Source: an uncultured Chloroflexia bacterium
Lineage (GTDB): Bacteria > Chloroflexota > Limnocylindria > Limnocylindrales > CSP1-4
Assembly (NCBI GenBank): GCA_963748625.1
Contig: CAVVJT010000005.1
Span: forward strand, 71,753 to 135,752
Direction: 5' to 3'
Length of the DNA stretch: 64,000 nucleotides
A program made the translations under genes and the position numbers. The notes under the pieces were generated by a model. It was not told the origin of the DNA. It searched no databases and saw only the letters and a list, made by a program, of their open reading frames with translations. This document shows positions 51,267-64,000 of this stretch, in pieces. Every line of letters starts with the position of its first letter. Position 1 is the first letter of the stretch.

Positions 51267-54200
51267 GTGGACGCCGCCGACCGCCGACCGCTCGCGCTGC
51301 CACCCAAGCAGCTCAGCCCGTCGCGCGTGGGCCGGTACTTCCACCTCGAGTGCAAGCGCTTCCTGCGCTACGACGCGGTCCAGTCAGTCGCTCTCCGGGC
51401 CGAGGGCGTCCCCAAGAAGCCATACGAGACCCGCCCCGTCGCCCGCGCCGTCATGGAGACGGGCTACATCTGGGAGGAGAAGGCGCTCGCGGGGCCGCTC
51501 GCCAGCATCGCCGAGATCGCCCCACAGTCACCCGGCAAGCCCACCGCAACGCGGGACCGCACGCACTCGATCGAGGCCACCACCGAGCTCCTCCACCGCC
51601 TCCCGCCCGGCAAGACCGTCTACCAGGGCCAGATGCGGGCTCCCGACGCCTTCTACGACGCCTACCGGCTCCCACGCGACCTGGTCGACATGGGCACCTG
51701 CCGCCCCGACCTCATCGAGGTGCGCGAGATCGACGGCCGGCGGACCCTGCGCGTCACCGACCTCAAGGTCAGCCGCGGCCTCAAGCTCAGCCACCGCGTC
51801 CAGGCCGCCCTCTACACCCTCCTGCTGGAACGGCTCGTGGAGCAGCAGGGCATCGACGCCGTGGTGGAGCGCGACCCCGCCATCTGGCTGGTCAACGAGG
51901 CGCAGCCCCAGCCCTTCGACATCCGCGCCATCCTGCCGCCACTCGAGCACTTCCTCCGCGAGGAGGTAGGGCCGCTCTTCGAGGCCCCGGCACAGGAGGC
52001 CACCTGGCACTTCAACCCCAAGTGCGAGAACTGCCCCTTCTTCGAGCACTGCCAGGCGGAGATGCTGGCCACCGACGACATCTCCCGTGTCCCCGGCCTC
52101 AGCTCCTATGCGAAGGCACACCTCCTCGAGCTGGACCCGCCCGTCCGTACCGTCGCGGAGTTCGACGCCCTCCTCGCAGACCCCGGCCGCCGCGCCGCCC
52201 TGGAGCAGATCGGGTCCATGCGCGGCCGCGCCGAGCACCTCCGCCGCCAGGTCACGGCGATGCGCACCGATGCGATCGTCCCGCACGGGGGCGCGTCGCT
52301 CGCCCTCCCGATCGGCGAGCACGTCCGCCTCGTGTTCACCGTCCAGACCGAGCCCGTGGGCGGCAACGTCTACGCGTGGGCCGTCTACGCCCAGGGCCTG
52401 CGCGACATCACCGAGACCAGCACGGTCATCGAGGCCGGCGTCGCCACCTCCAACGACCCCGACGAGATCCGCCGCGTGGAGCGGGACCTGGTCCGCGCCG
52501 TCCACCGGATCCTCGTGCTCGTCCACGACTACAACGCGAGCGCCGCTGATTGGAAGGACCAGAAGAGCCTCCAGGCGGCCTGCTTCGACACGTACGAGGA
52601 GGCCCTCCTCACGGGCGTCCTGGTCCGCGGCCTGCGTGACCCCGAGGTCGCCGAGGAGGCGCTCGCGGTCTTCTTCCACTTCCAGCGGCCGGAGCTCATG
52701 GAGGCCAGCGACCACCCCAACAAGGAGGCGTCGATCCCGGTCGTCGTCGTGGTGCGCGTCATCCAGCAGCTGCTCGCCCTGCCCGTCGACGTCATGTACC
52801 GGTTCGACGACCTCGTGCGCCTGCTGCCCAACAGCCGCTGGGACTTCACCTACGAGCGGTTCGAGTTCTTCGACTACGAGCTGTCCAACCAGCTCCGGCC
52901 CGACGCCATCTTCTCGCTCTGGAACGACGGCAACCTCGACCGCATCGGCCAGATCGAAGGGCGGCTCAAGGCGCGCGTCCGCGGCGCCAACAGCCTCGTG
53001 GACGGCCTGCGCCAGAAGCTCGATGCGGTCGCGCCCGGTGCCCTCTTCGCCTGGCCGCCCAAGTTCTCCCTGCCCGCGCGGATGGCGTTCGACCACCCGG
53101 TCCTCTCGCGGCTCGCCTTCGTCGCCCAGTACGAGAATGTGCTCGCGGGCCTGGAGACCCGCCAGGCGCGAGTAGGCCCGCTGGCGGACCGGCTGCGGAC
53201 CGGCGCAACCGTGGAGCTGGAGTTCCTGGGCGGTGACCGCTGGCGGATCACCCACCCGGACCTCGCGCCGGACCTGGGGGACGACAGCTTCACGGACATG
53301 CTCCTCGTCCCTGCGACCGACGAGGGCAACCGCGCCTCGCTGCTGTTCAAGGACCACGTCTGGCAGGACAAGTGGGGCGCGCCGAAGGGACAGCCGCTCG
53401 CGATCGCCGCCACCGGGCGCGTGACCCGCGACGCCGACGACCGGCCGCTCGAGGTCACCCTCGCCTTGCGCCCGTCCGACGGGTTCCCGCAGCTCGTCAA
53501 CGGTGCGCGGTTCCACCTCTCCTGGCGCCACACCGACTGGAACACCGGCAGGATGCTTGCCGAGCTGCGCGCCGCCGATGCCGACCCGGACGCCCGGTTC
53601 GTGCGCCTGCTCGAGGATGCGTCGGTGCGGCTGGCGCCCCGACCACTGCCGGCGCGTGTCCGCGAGCGGGCCCTCGCGCTCGCGGCCACGCATCGCATGA
53701 CGCACAGCCAGCTGGCGGCGTTCGAGCACGTGGTGGACTTCGCGACGACGCTCGCCTGGGGGCCGCCCGGGACCGGCAAGACCCACTTCGTTGCGCTCGC
53801 GATCCTGTGCCTCGTCGAGGCACACCGCGCGGCCGGGCTCCCCTACGCCGTGCTGGTGACCGCGTTCACGCATGCGGCGATCGACAACTGCCTGCGCAAG
53901 TGCGCCGACCTCCAGGCCGAGCTGGCCGTGGTGCGCGGCGGCGTGGCGATCGGGAAGATCGGCAAGACCGGGCTCGCGGGCATGAGCGGCGTGGAGATCG
54001 TGGACAAGGACCAGGCCGGGCGCTGGCTGGGGCTGGCGGAGCACACGGTCCTCGGCGGCACCGCGTGGGGCATCGCGAAGGCCGTCCCGGTCGACGTGGC
54101 CGATCTCGTCGTCATCGACGAGGGATCCCAGCTCAAGGTCCCCGAGTCCGTCATCCCCATCCGGCGCCTGGCGGCGGACGGGCGCCTGCTCGTGGCGGGC

Positions 54201-55127
54201 GACCATCTCCAGCTGCCGCCCATCGTCAAGGGTGTCTACCCGGAGGCCATGGAGGGCGAGCCCCTCCTCCACCGGTCCATCTTCGAGGCGCTGCGCGGGC
54301 CGAACGGGGACGGGGCGAACGGCGGCGGGGCGGGCGCCGGTGGCGGGGTCATGGTCTCGCTGCTCGAGAACTTCCGGATGAACGGGGTGCTGTGCCGGTA
54401 TCCCGCCCACCAGATCTACGACGAGCGGTACGGGCCCTTCGACGATGTGGTGCGGCACCGGCGGCTGGCGCTGGCCGGGGGGCCGGGCGACGGCCTCGAA
54501 GGCATCCTGGTCGACCCCGCGTACCCGCTGGTCATCGTTGAGTCGAGCGACTTCCGGGCCACCAACGAGAACGAGCTCGAGGCCACGATCGTCGCCAACG
54601 TGGCGGAGCGGCTGCGCCGGCGCCTGCTCGCGCCCGACGGCAGACCGTATGCATCCGACGCCGACTTCTGGGAGGACGGCGTGTTCATCGTGAGCCCCCA
54701 CCACGCCCACATCGGCCTCATCAAGCGCAAGCTGCGCGCGAAGGGTTCGTGGGGCACGAGCGCATTCGTGGGCACCGTGGACAAGATGCAGGGCCAGGAG
54801 TGCGACGCGGTCATCGCCTCCTACGGCGTGGCCGACGTCGAGGCCGCGCTGGTGGAGAGCGAGTTCATCTACTCGCTCAACCGGCTCAACGTGTCGATCA
54901 CCCGGGGGCGCGCGAAGACGATCGTGCTCCTGTCCTCGGCACTGACCAACCCGCCGATCCAGGCGTTCGCGAACGAGGACAACGCGACCGGGATCGGGTT
55001 CATGCAGGGGCTGGTCGCGCACGCGGAGGCCCACGGGGAGGTCCGACGCTTCCGATGGCACGACGAGGCGCGGCTGCGGGTGATCCGGGTGCGGGCGCCC
55101 GGCGCGCAGGCGACCCCGAGTGTATGA
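51267..55127 (+). CDS. Cas4/RecB-like Fe-S nuclease fused to SF1 (Upf1/DNA2-like) helicase (1286 aa)
   Basis: SPS..C, PD..DLK..Q...Y, CENCPFFEHC; GPPGTGKT, IDEGSQ, GDHLQLPP, TVDKMQGQE, NVSITRG. Confidence 0.9.
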   Translation: MDAADRRPLALPPKQLSPSRVGRYFHLECKRFLRYDAVQSVALRAEGVPKKPYETRPVARAVMETGYIWEEKALAGPLASIAEIAPQSPGKPTATRDRTHSIEATTELLHRLPPGKTVYQGQMRAPDAFYDAYRLPRDLVDMGTCRPDLIEVREIDGRRTLRVTDLKVSRGLKLSHRVQAALYTLLLERLVEQQGIDAVVERDPAIWLVNEAQPQPFDIRAILPPLEHFLREEVGPLFEAPAQEATWHFNPKCENCPFFEHCQAEMLATDDISRVPGLSSYAKAHLLELDPPVRTVAEFDALLADPGRRAALEQIGSMRGRAEHLRRQVTAMRTDAIVPHGGASLALPIGEHVRLVFTVQTEPVGGNVYAWAVYAQGLRDITETSTVIEAGVATSNDPDEIRRVERDLVRAVHRILVLVHDYNASAADWKDQKSLQAACFDTYEEALLTGVLVRGLRDPEVAEEALAVFFHFQRPELMEASDHPNKEASIPVVVVVRVIQQLLALPVDVMYRFDDLVRLLPNSRWDFTYERFEFFDYELSNQLRPDAIFSLWNDGNLDRIGQIEGRLKARVRGANSLVDGLRQKLDAVAPGALFAWPPKFSLPARMAFDHPVLSRLAFVAQYENVLAGLETRQARVGPLADRLRTGATVELEFLGGDRWRITHPDLAPDLGDDSFTDMLLVPATDEGNRASLLFKDHVWQDKWGAPKGQPLAIAATGRVTRDADDRPLEVTLALRPSDGFPQLVNGARFHLSWRHTDWNTGRMLAELRAADADPDARFVRLLEDASVRLAPRPLPARVRERALALAATHRMTHSQLAAFEHVVDFATTLAWGPPGTGKTHFVALAILCLVEAHRAAGLPYAVLVTAFTHAAIDNCLRKCADLQAELAVVRGGVAIGKIGKTGLAGMSGVEIVDKDQAGRWLGLAEHTVLGGTAWGIAKAVPVDVADLVVIDEGSQLKVPESVIPIRRLAADGRLLVAGDHLQLPPIVKGVYPEAMEGEPLLHRSIFEALRGPNGDGANGGGAGAGGGVMVSLLENFRMNGVLCRYPAHQIYDERYGPFDDVVRHRRLALAGGPGDGLEGILVDPAYPLVIVESSDFRATNENELEATIVANVAERLRRRLLAPDGRPYASDADFWEDGVFIVSPHHAHIGLIKRKLRAKGSWGTSAFVGTVDKMQGQECDAVIASYGVADVEAALVESEFIYSLNRLNVSITRGRAKTIVLLSSALTNPPIQAFANEDNATGIGFMQGLVAHAEAHGEVRRFRWHDEARLRVIRVRAPGAQATPSV

Positions 55128-55157
55128 TCCTTACGACACTACAGATGTAAGGATCAT
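55124..55157. promoter_or_regulatory. Inverted repeat ATGATCCTTAC-N12-GTAAGGATCAT, probable antitoxin operator
   Basis: Perfect 11-bp arms immediately before the AbrB ATG. Confidence 0.7.
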
Positions 55158-55158
55158 C

Positions 55159-55407
55159 ATGGAAGTCTCGGCCAAGCTCACCTCCAAGGGCCAGCTCACC
55201 GTTCCGCGGGCCGTCCGCGAGGCGCTCCACCTCGAGGAGGGCGACCGCGTCACGTTCCGGGTCGAAGGGGACCATGCCGTCGTGGCCCGCACCCCTCACC
55301 TGCTGGCGCTGGCCGGGTCGGTGGCGGTGCCGGCGGCCAAGCGGGGAACGCCCTGGGACCAGGTGCTCGACGCGACACGGGCCACGCGCGCCCGAACACG
55401 TCGATGA
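55159..55407 (+). CDS. AbrB/MazE antitoxin
   Basis: AKLTSKGQLTVPRAVREALHLEEGD. Confidence 0.92.
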   Translation: MEVSAKLTSKGQLTVPRAVREALHLEEGDRVTFRVEGDHAVVARTPHLLALAGSVAVPAAKRGTPWDQVLDATRATRARTRR

Positions 55408-55453
55408 CGGGGCGCAGCTGGGGTGAGGACGCAGCGATGATGTGCGCGCGCCG

Positions 55454-55852
55454 ATGACCGCATTCCTCGACGCGAACATCCTCGTCCGCCACCTGACCGG
55501 GGACCCCCCCGACATGGCCGACCGGGCGACCCGCTATCTCGCGACCGCCGACGAGCTCCTGCTCCCCGACCTCGTGTTCGCCGAGGTCGCGTACGTGCTC
55601 GGATCCTTCTACGAGGTCCCAAGGCCAGCGCTCGCGACCATCCTGCGCTCGATCCTCGCATTCCCGGCCATCCGCGTGGTGGACCCGGACCTGCTGCAGC
55701 GAACCGTTGAGGTCTACGAGGTGGAGCGCCTGGACCTCGCCGACGCATACCTCGTGGCCTGCGCGGAGCGGACGGGGGTGGGCGCGATCGCGTCATTCGA
55801 CCGATCGCTCGATCGGGTCGCGACGATCAGGAGGATCGAACCGGCCGCTTGA
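55454..55852 (+). CDS. vapC: PIN domain toxin
   Basis: FLDANILV, AE, DLADAY, SFDR. Confidence 0.9.
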   Translation: MTAFLDANILVRHLTGDPPDMADRATRYLATADELLLPDLVFAEVAYVLGSFYEVPRPALATILRSILAFPAIRVVDPDLLQRTVEVYEVERLDLADAYLVACAERTGVGAIASFDRSLDRVATIRRIEPAA

Positions 55853-56012
55853 CCGCCCACATCAAGCCCGCAGGGCGTCACGCGCCAGGGCGACGACGCC
55901 GTGCTCGCAGCGCTCATGGACTTCCTGCCGGCTAACGAGGCGCGGGACCGCGGTCCGAGGACCACCACCATGCGGATGACATCAGATGCGACATCCTCTA
56001 GCATCACGCATC

Positions 56013-56241
56013 ATGCGCACCACCATCGACCTTGATCCAGGCGTCCTGCGGGACCTCAAGGCGCGAGCCCGGCGGGAGGGCAAGAGCCTCGGCCGCGTCG
56101 CGTCCGAGCTGCTGGCCGCGGGCCTCGACGCCGACCCGGCCGGCTCGCCCGCTCCCTTCACGCTGGGCTGCCCGGCCGATGGGCGCCCGCATCGACCTGG
56201 AGGACAAGGAGGCGGTCCGGCGGCTGATCGACCAGCCGTGA
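56013..56241 (+). CDS. vapB: VapB RHH antitoxin; frameshift at about 56160
   Basis: MRTTIDLD..SLGRVASELL then ARIDLEDKEAV. Confidence 0.8.
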
Positions 56242-56672
56242 GCCGCACCGTGGACGCCAACGTCCTGCTCTACGCGTCGGACGCGGCGAGCCCGCATCAC
56301 GCGGCGGCCCGGGCGGCCCTCGAGAAGCTCGCCGCCGGCCCGGAGCTGGTCACCCTGTTCTGGCCGACCGTGATGGCCTACCTGCGGCTCGCCACCCACC
56401 CGTCCGTGTTCGCGAACCCGCTGCCCCTCGACGTGGCCATCGCCAACATCGAGCAGCTGCTCGCCCGGCCGCACGTCCGAACCGCAGGCGAAGGACCGGC
56501 GTTCTGGACGCGGTTCCGCGAGGTGGCGGACGACGCCCTGCCGACCGGCAACCTGGTCCCCGATGCCCACCTGGCCGCCCTGATGCTGGAGCACGGGGTC
56601 TCCACGATCGTCACCCGCGACCGGGACTTCCGCCGGTTCCCGCACGTGCGGTCGGAGGACCTGGGCGGGTAG
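56238..56672 (+). CDS. vapC: VapC PIN toxin
   Basis: VDANVLLYA, GNLVPDAHL, TRDRDFRRF. Confidence 0.92.
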   Translation: MSRTVDANVLLYASDAASPHHAAARAALEKLAAGPELVTLFWPTVMAYLRLATHPSVFANPLPLDVAIANIEQLLARPHVRTAGEGPAFWTRFREVADDALPTGNLVPDAHLAALMLEHGVSTIVTRDRDFRRFPHVRSEDLGG

Positions 56673-56697
56673 CAGGTCGGCCGGCAGCCGGGAGCGA

Positions 56698-56805
56698 GGA
56701 AGGCGACACAGCGCTGTGTCCGGGACCACGAGGCCATGCATGTCGCCATCTAAAGGACTACGCGCGCGACGACTGGCCGGTGGTCCTCCGAACGAGGTGC
56801 GGTGA
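56698..56805 (+). pseudogene. Degenerate, internally deleted copy of the 3' end of the DUF922 gene
   Basis: Matches 48843-48895 and 49016-49066, including the stop codon. Confidence 0.85.
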
Positions 56806-56866
56806 CGCGGCAGTCGATCCACGGCTGGAGCTGAGCGGGATCCACGGCCCGGCAGCTCTGCCACGC

Positions 56867-57749
56867 TCAGGCCCGCGGCATCGCCGCATCGATCCGGGCG
56901 GCCAGGTCCGACACCTCCGCCGGGGACAGCACCGCCGGGTGGCGCGTGATCGCGGCCTGCAGCTCCGAGGGGCGCAGCACCCGGATCCCGTCCACCGTGC
57001 GCACCGAGACCCGCGCGCGATGCACCACGATCAGCGGGACCACCGGCCGATCGATCACCCGCTCGACGGCGGCCGCCTCGCGCCGGACCTCGGCCACCGC
57101 ACCCGTCCGACGGCCACCCGTGGTGAGCACGCCGCTGCGCGAGCCGACCTCGTGCGTGTAGCTCTTCGACTCCACCACGAAGACGCCGCCCGGGCTGACG
57201 ACGATGTGGTCGACATTGGCGCGGCTGCCCGGGATGCGCCGGTCGTGCAGGACCACGGCGCCAAGCGGCACGAGCGGGTCGAGGAGGGCGGCGGTGGCGA
57301 CCTCACCCTCGGCGCCGGTGGCCCAGGACTGCGTGGACTGCGCGATGGGCGGCGCCGCGACCGCGACAACGATGCCGCAGAGCGCGAGGACGGCCGCCGA
57401 CATCCAGAGCGACGGGAGCACGATCCAGACGACGAGCCCGATGCCGATGAAGCCCGCGCCGATGAGACGGAGCCTGCGACGCCTCGCCGGGAGTTCGGCA
57501 GCGTGCTTGGCCATTCGGCGCTCGAACTCGGTCGCGGCCGATGCGCCGGCGCTGGCCGCCGAGTCCGAGCGGACCGGCGGCAGGGGCGGGGCCGGGGCGA
57601 TGGGAGCGGCGGCGACCGAGGAGGAAATCGGCCGCCCGGATCCCGCGACAGGCGGGGAACCGGCTGCAGCCCAGGAACAGCGCGCCGTCGGCGCGGCGAC
57701 GTCGTTCGACCATTGGGGCCCCGCACGCGGGGCAGGCCAGCATGTCCAT
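56867..57749 (-). CDS. Topoisomerase-type Zn ribbon + 2 TM + NERD nuclease; frameshift at about 57625
   Basis: CPACG..FLGCSRFPAC; GAEGE, LHD, NVDHIVV, VVESK. Confidence 0.8.
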
Positions 57750-57814
57750 GAGCGTCCCCCGCTTCGGATAGCCCAGCGCCCGCGCACGGGGTTCTAGGCG
57801 ACTCCCTCAGCCTG

Positions 57815-60469
57815 TCAGTCGGCCCGCGTCAGCGCGTCCCTCAGCAGCCGCAGCGTGGTGTCTACCTGCTCGGCATCCCGGGCGGTCACAACGATGCCGT
57901 ATTGATTGCCCTCTCTGACCTCTGCGAGCCCGTGAGTCTCGTGGTCGGATGGCAGCCGGAGTTCGAGCCGAATCTCCCCGCGCCGGGGATAGCAGTAGGA
58001 CACGACCTGGCTGAACTTCGGGTGACGCACTTGGAAGTACCAGGGATCTCCCTTGCTCTGCTGCGGACGAAGGACAACCCCTTCGAGCTCCATCGCACGC
58101 CCGGCGAATTCGAGCGCGATGTCTGGCGAACCGTCAGCTCGATGGTCGATCAGACGCAGGACATCCCCCGGAGCACGGTCCATGTTCGGGATTCCCATCG
58201 CAATCAGCTCTGCCCGCCGATCGTCGAACGATGTCGTGGCCCACTCAGCCGGAACGAGCCCGCGGATCGACTCCAGGAGCGACTCGGTGTCATGGGGCAG
58301 GAGGACTCCGGGGTCCTCGGATGCCCCGAGGACAGCCTGCGCCGCTTGGAGCGACACCCCCGGAATCCTCTTCGCGAAAGCCTTCGGCGACTTCCAAAGC
58401 TTGAAGGAGCCGCCCTCATCCCATTGCGGCCAGAGCGTGAAGAGGTACAACCGCTTGTCAGACGGCGGGCTGATCATGACGCTGTAGCGATCTGGCCGGG
58501 GGTGCAGACCCATTTCCCTGCAGGCTCGGATGATCTGCCGAAGCTCGGGCCCAACGCCGACCTCGTCCGCAATCGCGAGGGGCGAGGCAAACGCCGACGG
58601 ATCATCGGGATCGGGTGGTCCGGCGGGCCTCGACGACCCCACCGATGTGGCCTCCGCTGCGTCGACCGGCTCCTCGCCGTCGCCGTCGTCGGGCCGAGCC
58701 CAAACCCCCACGGCAACGTCGGAGAGGTGGCGCGCTCGTCGTGCGATTGCCGCCTCATCCCACACGGCCGCCTCGCGTAGGTCATCGGCGAGGTGGAGCA
58801 CGCTGTACTTCACGAGCTTCGGCCGCTTCTCGGACCAGGCCGCATTCGACGACGCGGAGTTCAACTTCTGGGTGAGCAGCGTCAGGTTGCCCAGCCTGTG
58901 CTTGACCTCATCGCGGTCAAGCCGGCCCTGGATCGGGTCGACTCCCTCGGGCAGTGGCCAGTGTGCCCCCCACTGCTGCGGAAGGATGTGCTCGATTGTC
59001 AGATCCGTCTCGATGGTGACCTTCTCCTCCATCCCAACGTACTGGGCTCGCTCGAGGGCTTCGAGCACCATGCGCAGCCTGGAGCGAGGAAAGACCGAGT
59101 AGGCAGGAATGGTTCGCAACGTAGCTCGGACAGCGCTCGACGTTGGCCAGACCTGGCTCTCTCCGGCAAGCCCGAGGAGATGGCTGATCACATCGGATGC
59201 CACCGGCGGCCCTCCTCGAACCGAAGCCGCGTCGCGGACAGCCTTCAGGAGTGCAAGGAACACCGTGTTGTAGTTCTTTGTGGTGGCTCGGATCAGCAGG
59301 CGCCGCACGAGCCAACTCTCGATCGCGTCAAGAGCGGCCCGCTGCTCCACCGGATCGGCGAGACCGTCAGGCCCGAGGAGCCAAAGCAGCGCCGGGTACG
59401 CGGTTGTGACCTCCATCGTGTTGAGGCGATAGAGGAAGAGGCCCAACTCCGTTGTCGACGGCTCGTTCTCAAACCTCGCATAGACCCTGGCGTATCGCTC
59501 GAGCGTGACCAACTCTTCGGCTGCCGACCTCTGGCCGTTTGCCAGGTAGCGCTTGAATTCCTGGAACAGCTGGTGCGAGACGACTTCATGGCCGGTTGAC
59601 ATGGCCAGGTAGTGGTTGATGAACGAGTCCAGGCGCGGTCGCTTCAGGCGACCCTGCTGCTTCTCCTCTCGCCACCAGTCGGTGTCCAGGGGCTTCCAGA
59701 ACTTCTCGTACAGGTCATCGAGGTTCGCGTCCTGGATCGTGGCCAGCTGGAACAGATGGTTCTTGACGAGGTCTGCGGCCAGCAGGGGTGTTCCTCGCGC
59801 ATTGAGGGTTTCAAAGATGACTTGGGCGTTGTCCCCGCGATCAAGGTCGATCGTGACGATCACGAGGCGCTTCCAGATCACGTTGGCAAGCGCGTCGATA
59901 TGCCGGGCGAAGGTCGCCTCGTCGCCGGACTCGCTGGCCCATGCGAGGATCGCACCGCGGAAGAACCGGTAGGCCTCGTGCATCCGGTGGCCGCCGGTGG
60001 CTGCCACGACACCGTCGCCCAGGGCCTCACGAAAAGCGGTGCGATCGCGCGCTGTCGGCAGGACCTTGAACTCGTCGCCGACTTCCCGCACGAGGTAGTC
60101 GGCGTTGAAGAGAAGTCCCTCCATCTCCTTGCGCTGGTTGACCAAGCCGCGCTCGGTCGCGATCGACCGCACCGCCGCAATCATCAGTTGAAGCGTGGTC
60201 AGTCGCTGCTGGCCATCGATCACCGTGCGGCCGCCAATCTTGCCGACCTGGTTCGGAAGCTGGTCGAGGACAACCGCACCAAGGAAGTGAGGGATCGAGT
60301 CGTTGGCAGGGGTGGCATCCAACTGGCGGTCCGCGACCTGCCGGACATCCTCCCAAAGAGGGTCCCACTGGAGATCGCGTGTCCAGACGTAAGGGCGCTG
60401 GTAGAGCGGAACAACGTAGTGGATGGGCTGACCAAATACGGCGGCCAGATCGACGGTGTCAGCCTTCAT
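57815..60469 (-). CDS. GmrSD-type (DUF262+DUF1524) restriction protein with ~290-aa C-terminal extension
   Basis: YQRPYVW, IDGQQRLTT, FETLNARG, IEHILPQ, LGNLTLL..N..SN. Confidence 0.92.
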   Translation of the reverse strand: MKADTVDLAAVFGQPIHYVVPLYQRPYVWTRDLQWDPLWEDVRQVADRQLDATPANDSIPHFLGAVVLDQLPNQVGKIGGRTVIDGQQRLTTLQLMIAAVRSIATERGLVNQRKEMEGLLFNADYLVREVGDEFKVLPTARDRTAFREALGDGVVAATGGHRMHEAYRFFRGAILAWASESGDEATFARHIDALANVIWKRLVIVTIDLDRGDNAQVIFETLNARGTPLLAADLVKNHLFQLATIQDANLDDLYEKFWKPLDTDWWREEKQQGRLKRPRLDSFINHYLAMSTGHEVVSHQLFQEFKRYLANGQRSAAEELVTLERYARVYARFENEPSTTELGLFLYRLNTMEVTTAYPALLWLLGPDGLADPVEQRAALDAIESWLVRRLLIRATTKNYNTVFLALLKAVRDAASVRGGPPVASDVISHLLGLAGESQVWPTSSAVRATLRTIPAYSVFPRSRLRMVLEALERAQYVGMEEKVTIETDLTIEHILPQQWGAHWPLPEGVDPIQGRLDRDEVKHRLGNLTLLTQKLNSASSNAAWSEKRPKLVKYSVLHLADDLREAAVWDEAAIARRARHLSDVAVGVWARPDDGDGEEPVDAAEATSVGSSRPAGPPDPDDPSAFASPLAIADEVGVGPELRQIIRACREMGLHPRPDRYSVMISPPSDKRLYLFTLWPQWDEGGSFKLWKSPKAFAKRIPGVSLQAAQAVLGASEDPGVLLPHDTESLLESIRGLVPAEWATTSFDDRRAELIAMGIPNMDRAPGDVLRLIDHRADGSPDIALEFAGRAMELEGVVLRPQQSKGDPWYFQVRHPKFSQVVSYCYPRRGEIRLELRLPSDHETHGLAEVREGNQYGIVVTARDAEQVDTTLRLLRDALTRAD

Positions 60470-60480
60470 CGCGGGAACCC

Positions 60481-63843
<3,363 letters not shown>

Positions 63844-63846
63844 GCC

Positions 63847-64000
63847 CTATCCCTCCCCGAAGAGCTGACCCTGGACGGCCGCTCGCTGGGCTCTCTGCGG
63901 CCAGCCGAACGGCCTCAGTCCAACTCTGGACGAGGCCGTTGTACCAACCTGCCTCGGTGGTCCGCTTCTTGCGGTCGCTTAGGACGTACAGGCGGTAGGC
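63847..64000 (-). CDS. C-terminus of a DUF1156 adenine methyltransferase (continues beyond window)
   Basis: AYRLYVLSDRKKRTTEAGWYNGLVQSW resembles the DUF1156 tail; usual neighbour of DUF499. Confidence 0.7.

Noticed and set aside
51267-52100. Cas4-like domain as evidence of CRISPR-Cas
   Set aside because: Fused to an SF1 helicase; no cas1/cas2 or array in the window
51528-55061. Long antisense ORFs (also 14740-17262, 22034-24421, 36758-39175)
   Set aside because: Shadow frames of high-GC genes with no recognisable motifs

Overview
High-GC bacterial window, probably Chloroflexota (Limnocylindria-like) or an actinobacterium-like lineage; the taxon is inferred from gene style only. Single-base frameshifts occur in patches and look like long-read errors. 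The left and middle parts are metabolic. They hold a betaine-type demethylation cluster (non-pyrrolysine MttB, GcvT-type dehydrogenase, sarcosine-oxidase-beta-like), a DoxX-Tat-Rieske fusion and a hoxEFUYH group-3d NiFe-hydrogenase operon whose HoxF carries an extra GltD/NfnB-like module. They also hold a GT4 pair, a TetR-HlyD-ABC efflux operon, PadR, an amidase, asnS, and a large repetitive surface protein behind a c-di-GMP-II-like riboswitch. From about 45 kb the window is an accessory/defence region. It has three PIN toxin-antitoxin pairs, a Cas4/RecB-like nuclease-SF1 helicase, a receiver-ClpN fusion and a Zn-ribbon-NERD gene. It also has an extended GmrSD and the end of a DUF1156/DUF499 (BREX-related) operon. 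About 7.6 kb of this region lies between a DUF922 gene and a degenerate copy of that gene's 3' end. Three families of dispersed intergenic repeats occur: one is MITE-like with CTAG ends, and one has a 78-bp core flipped between its two copies.
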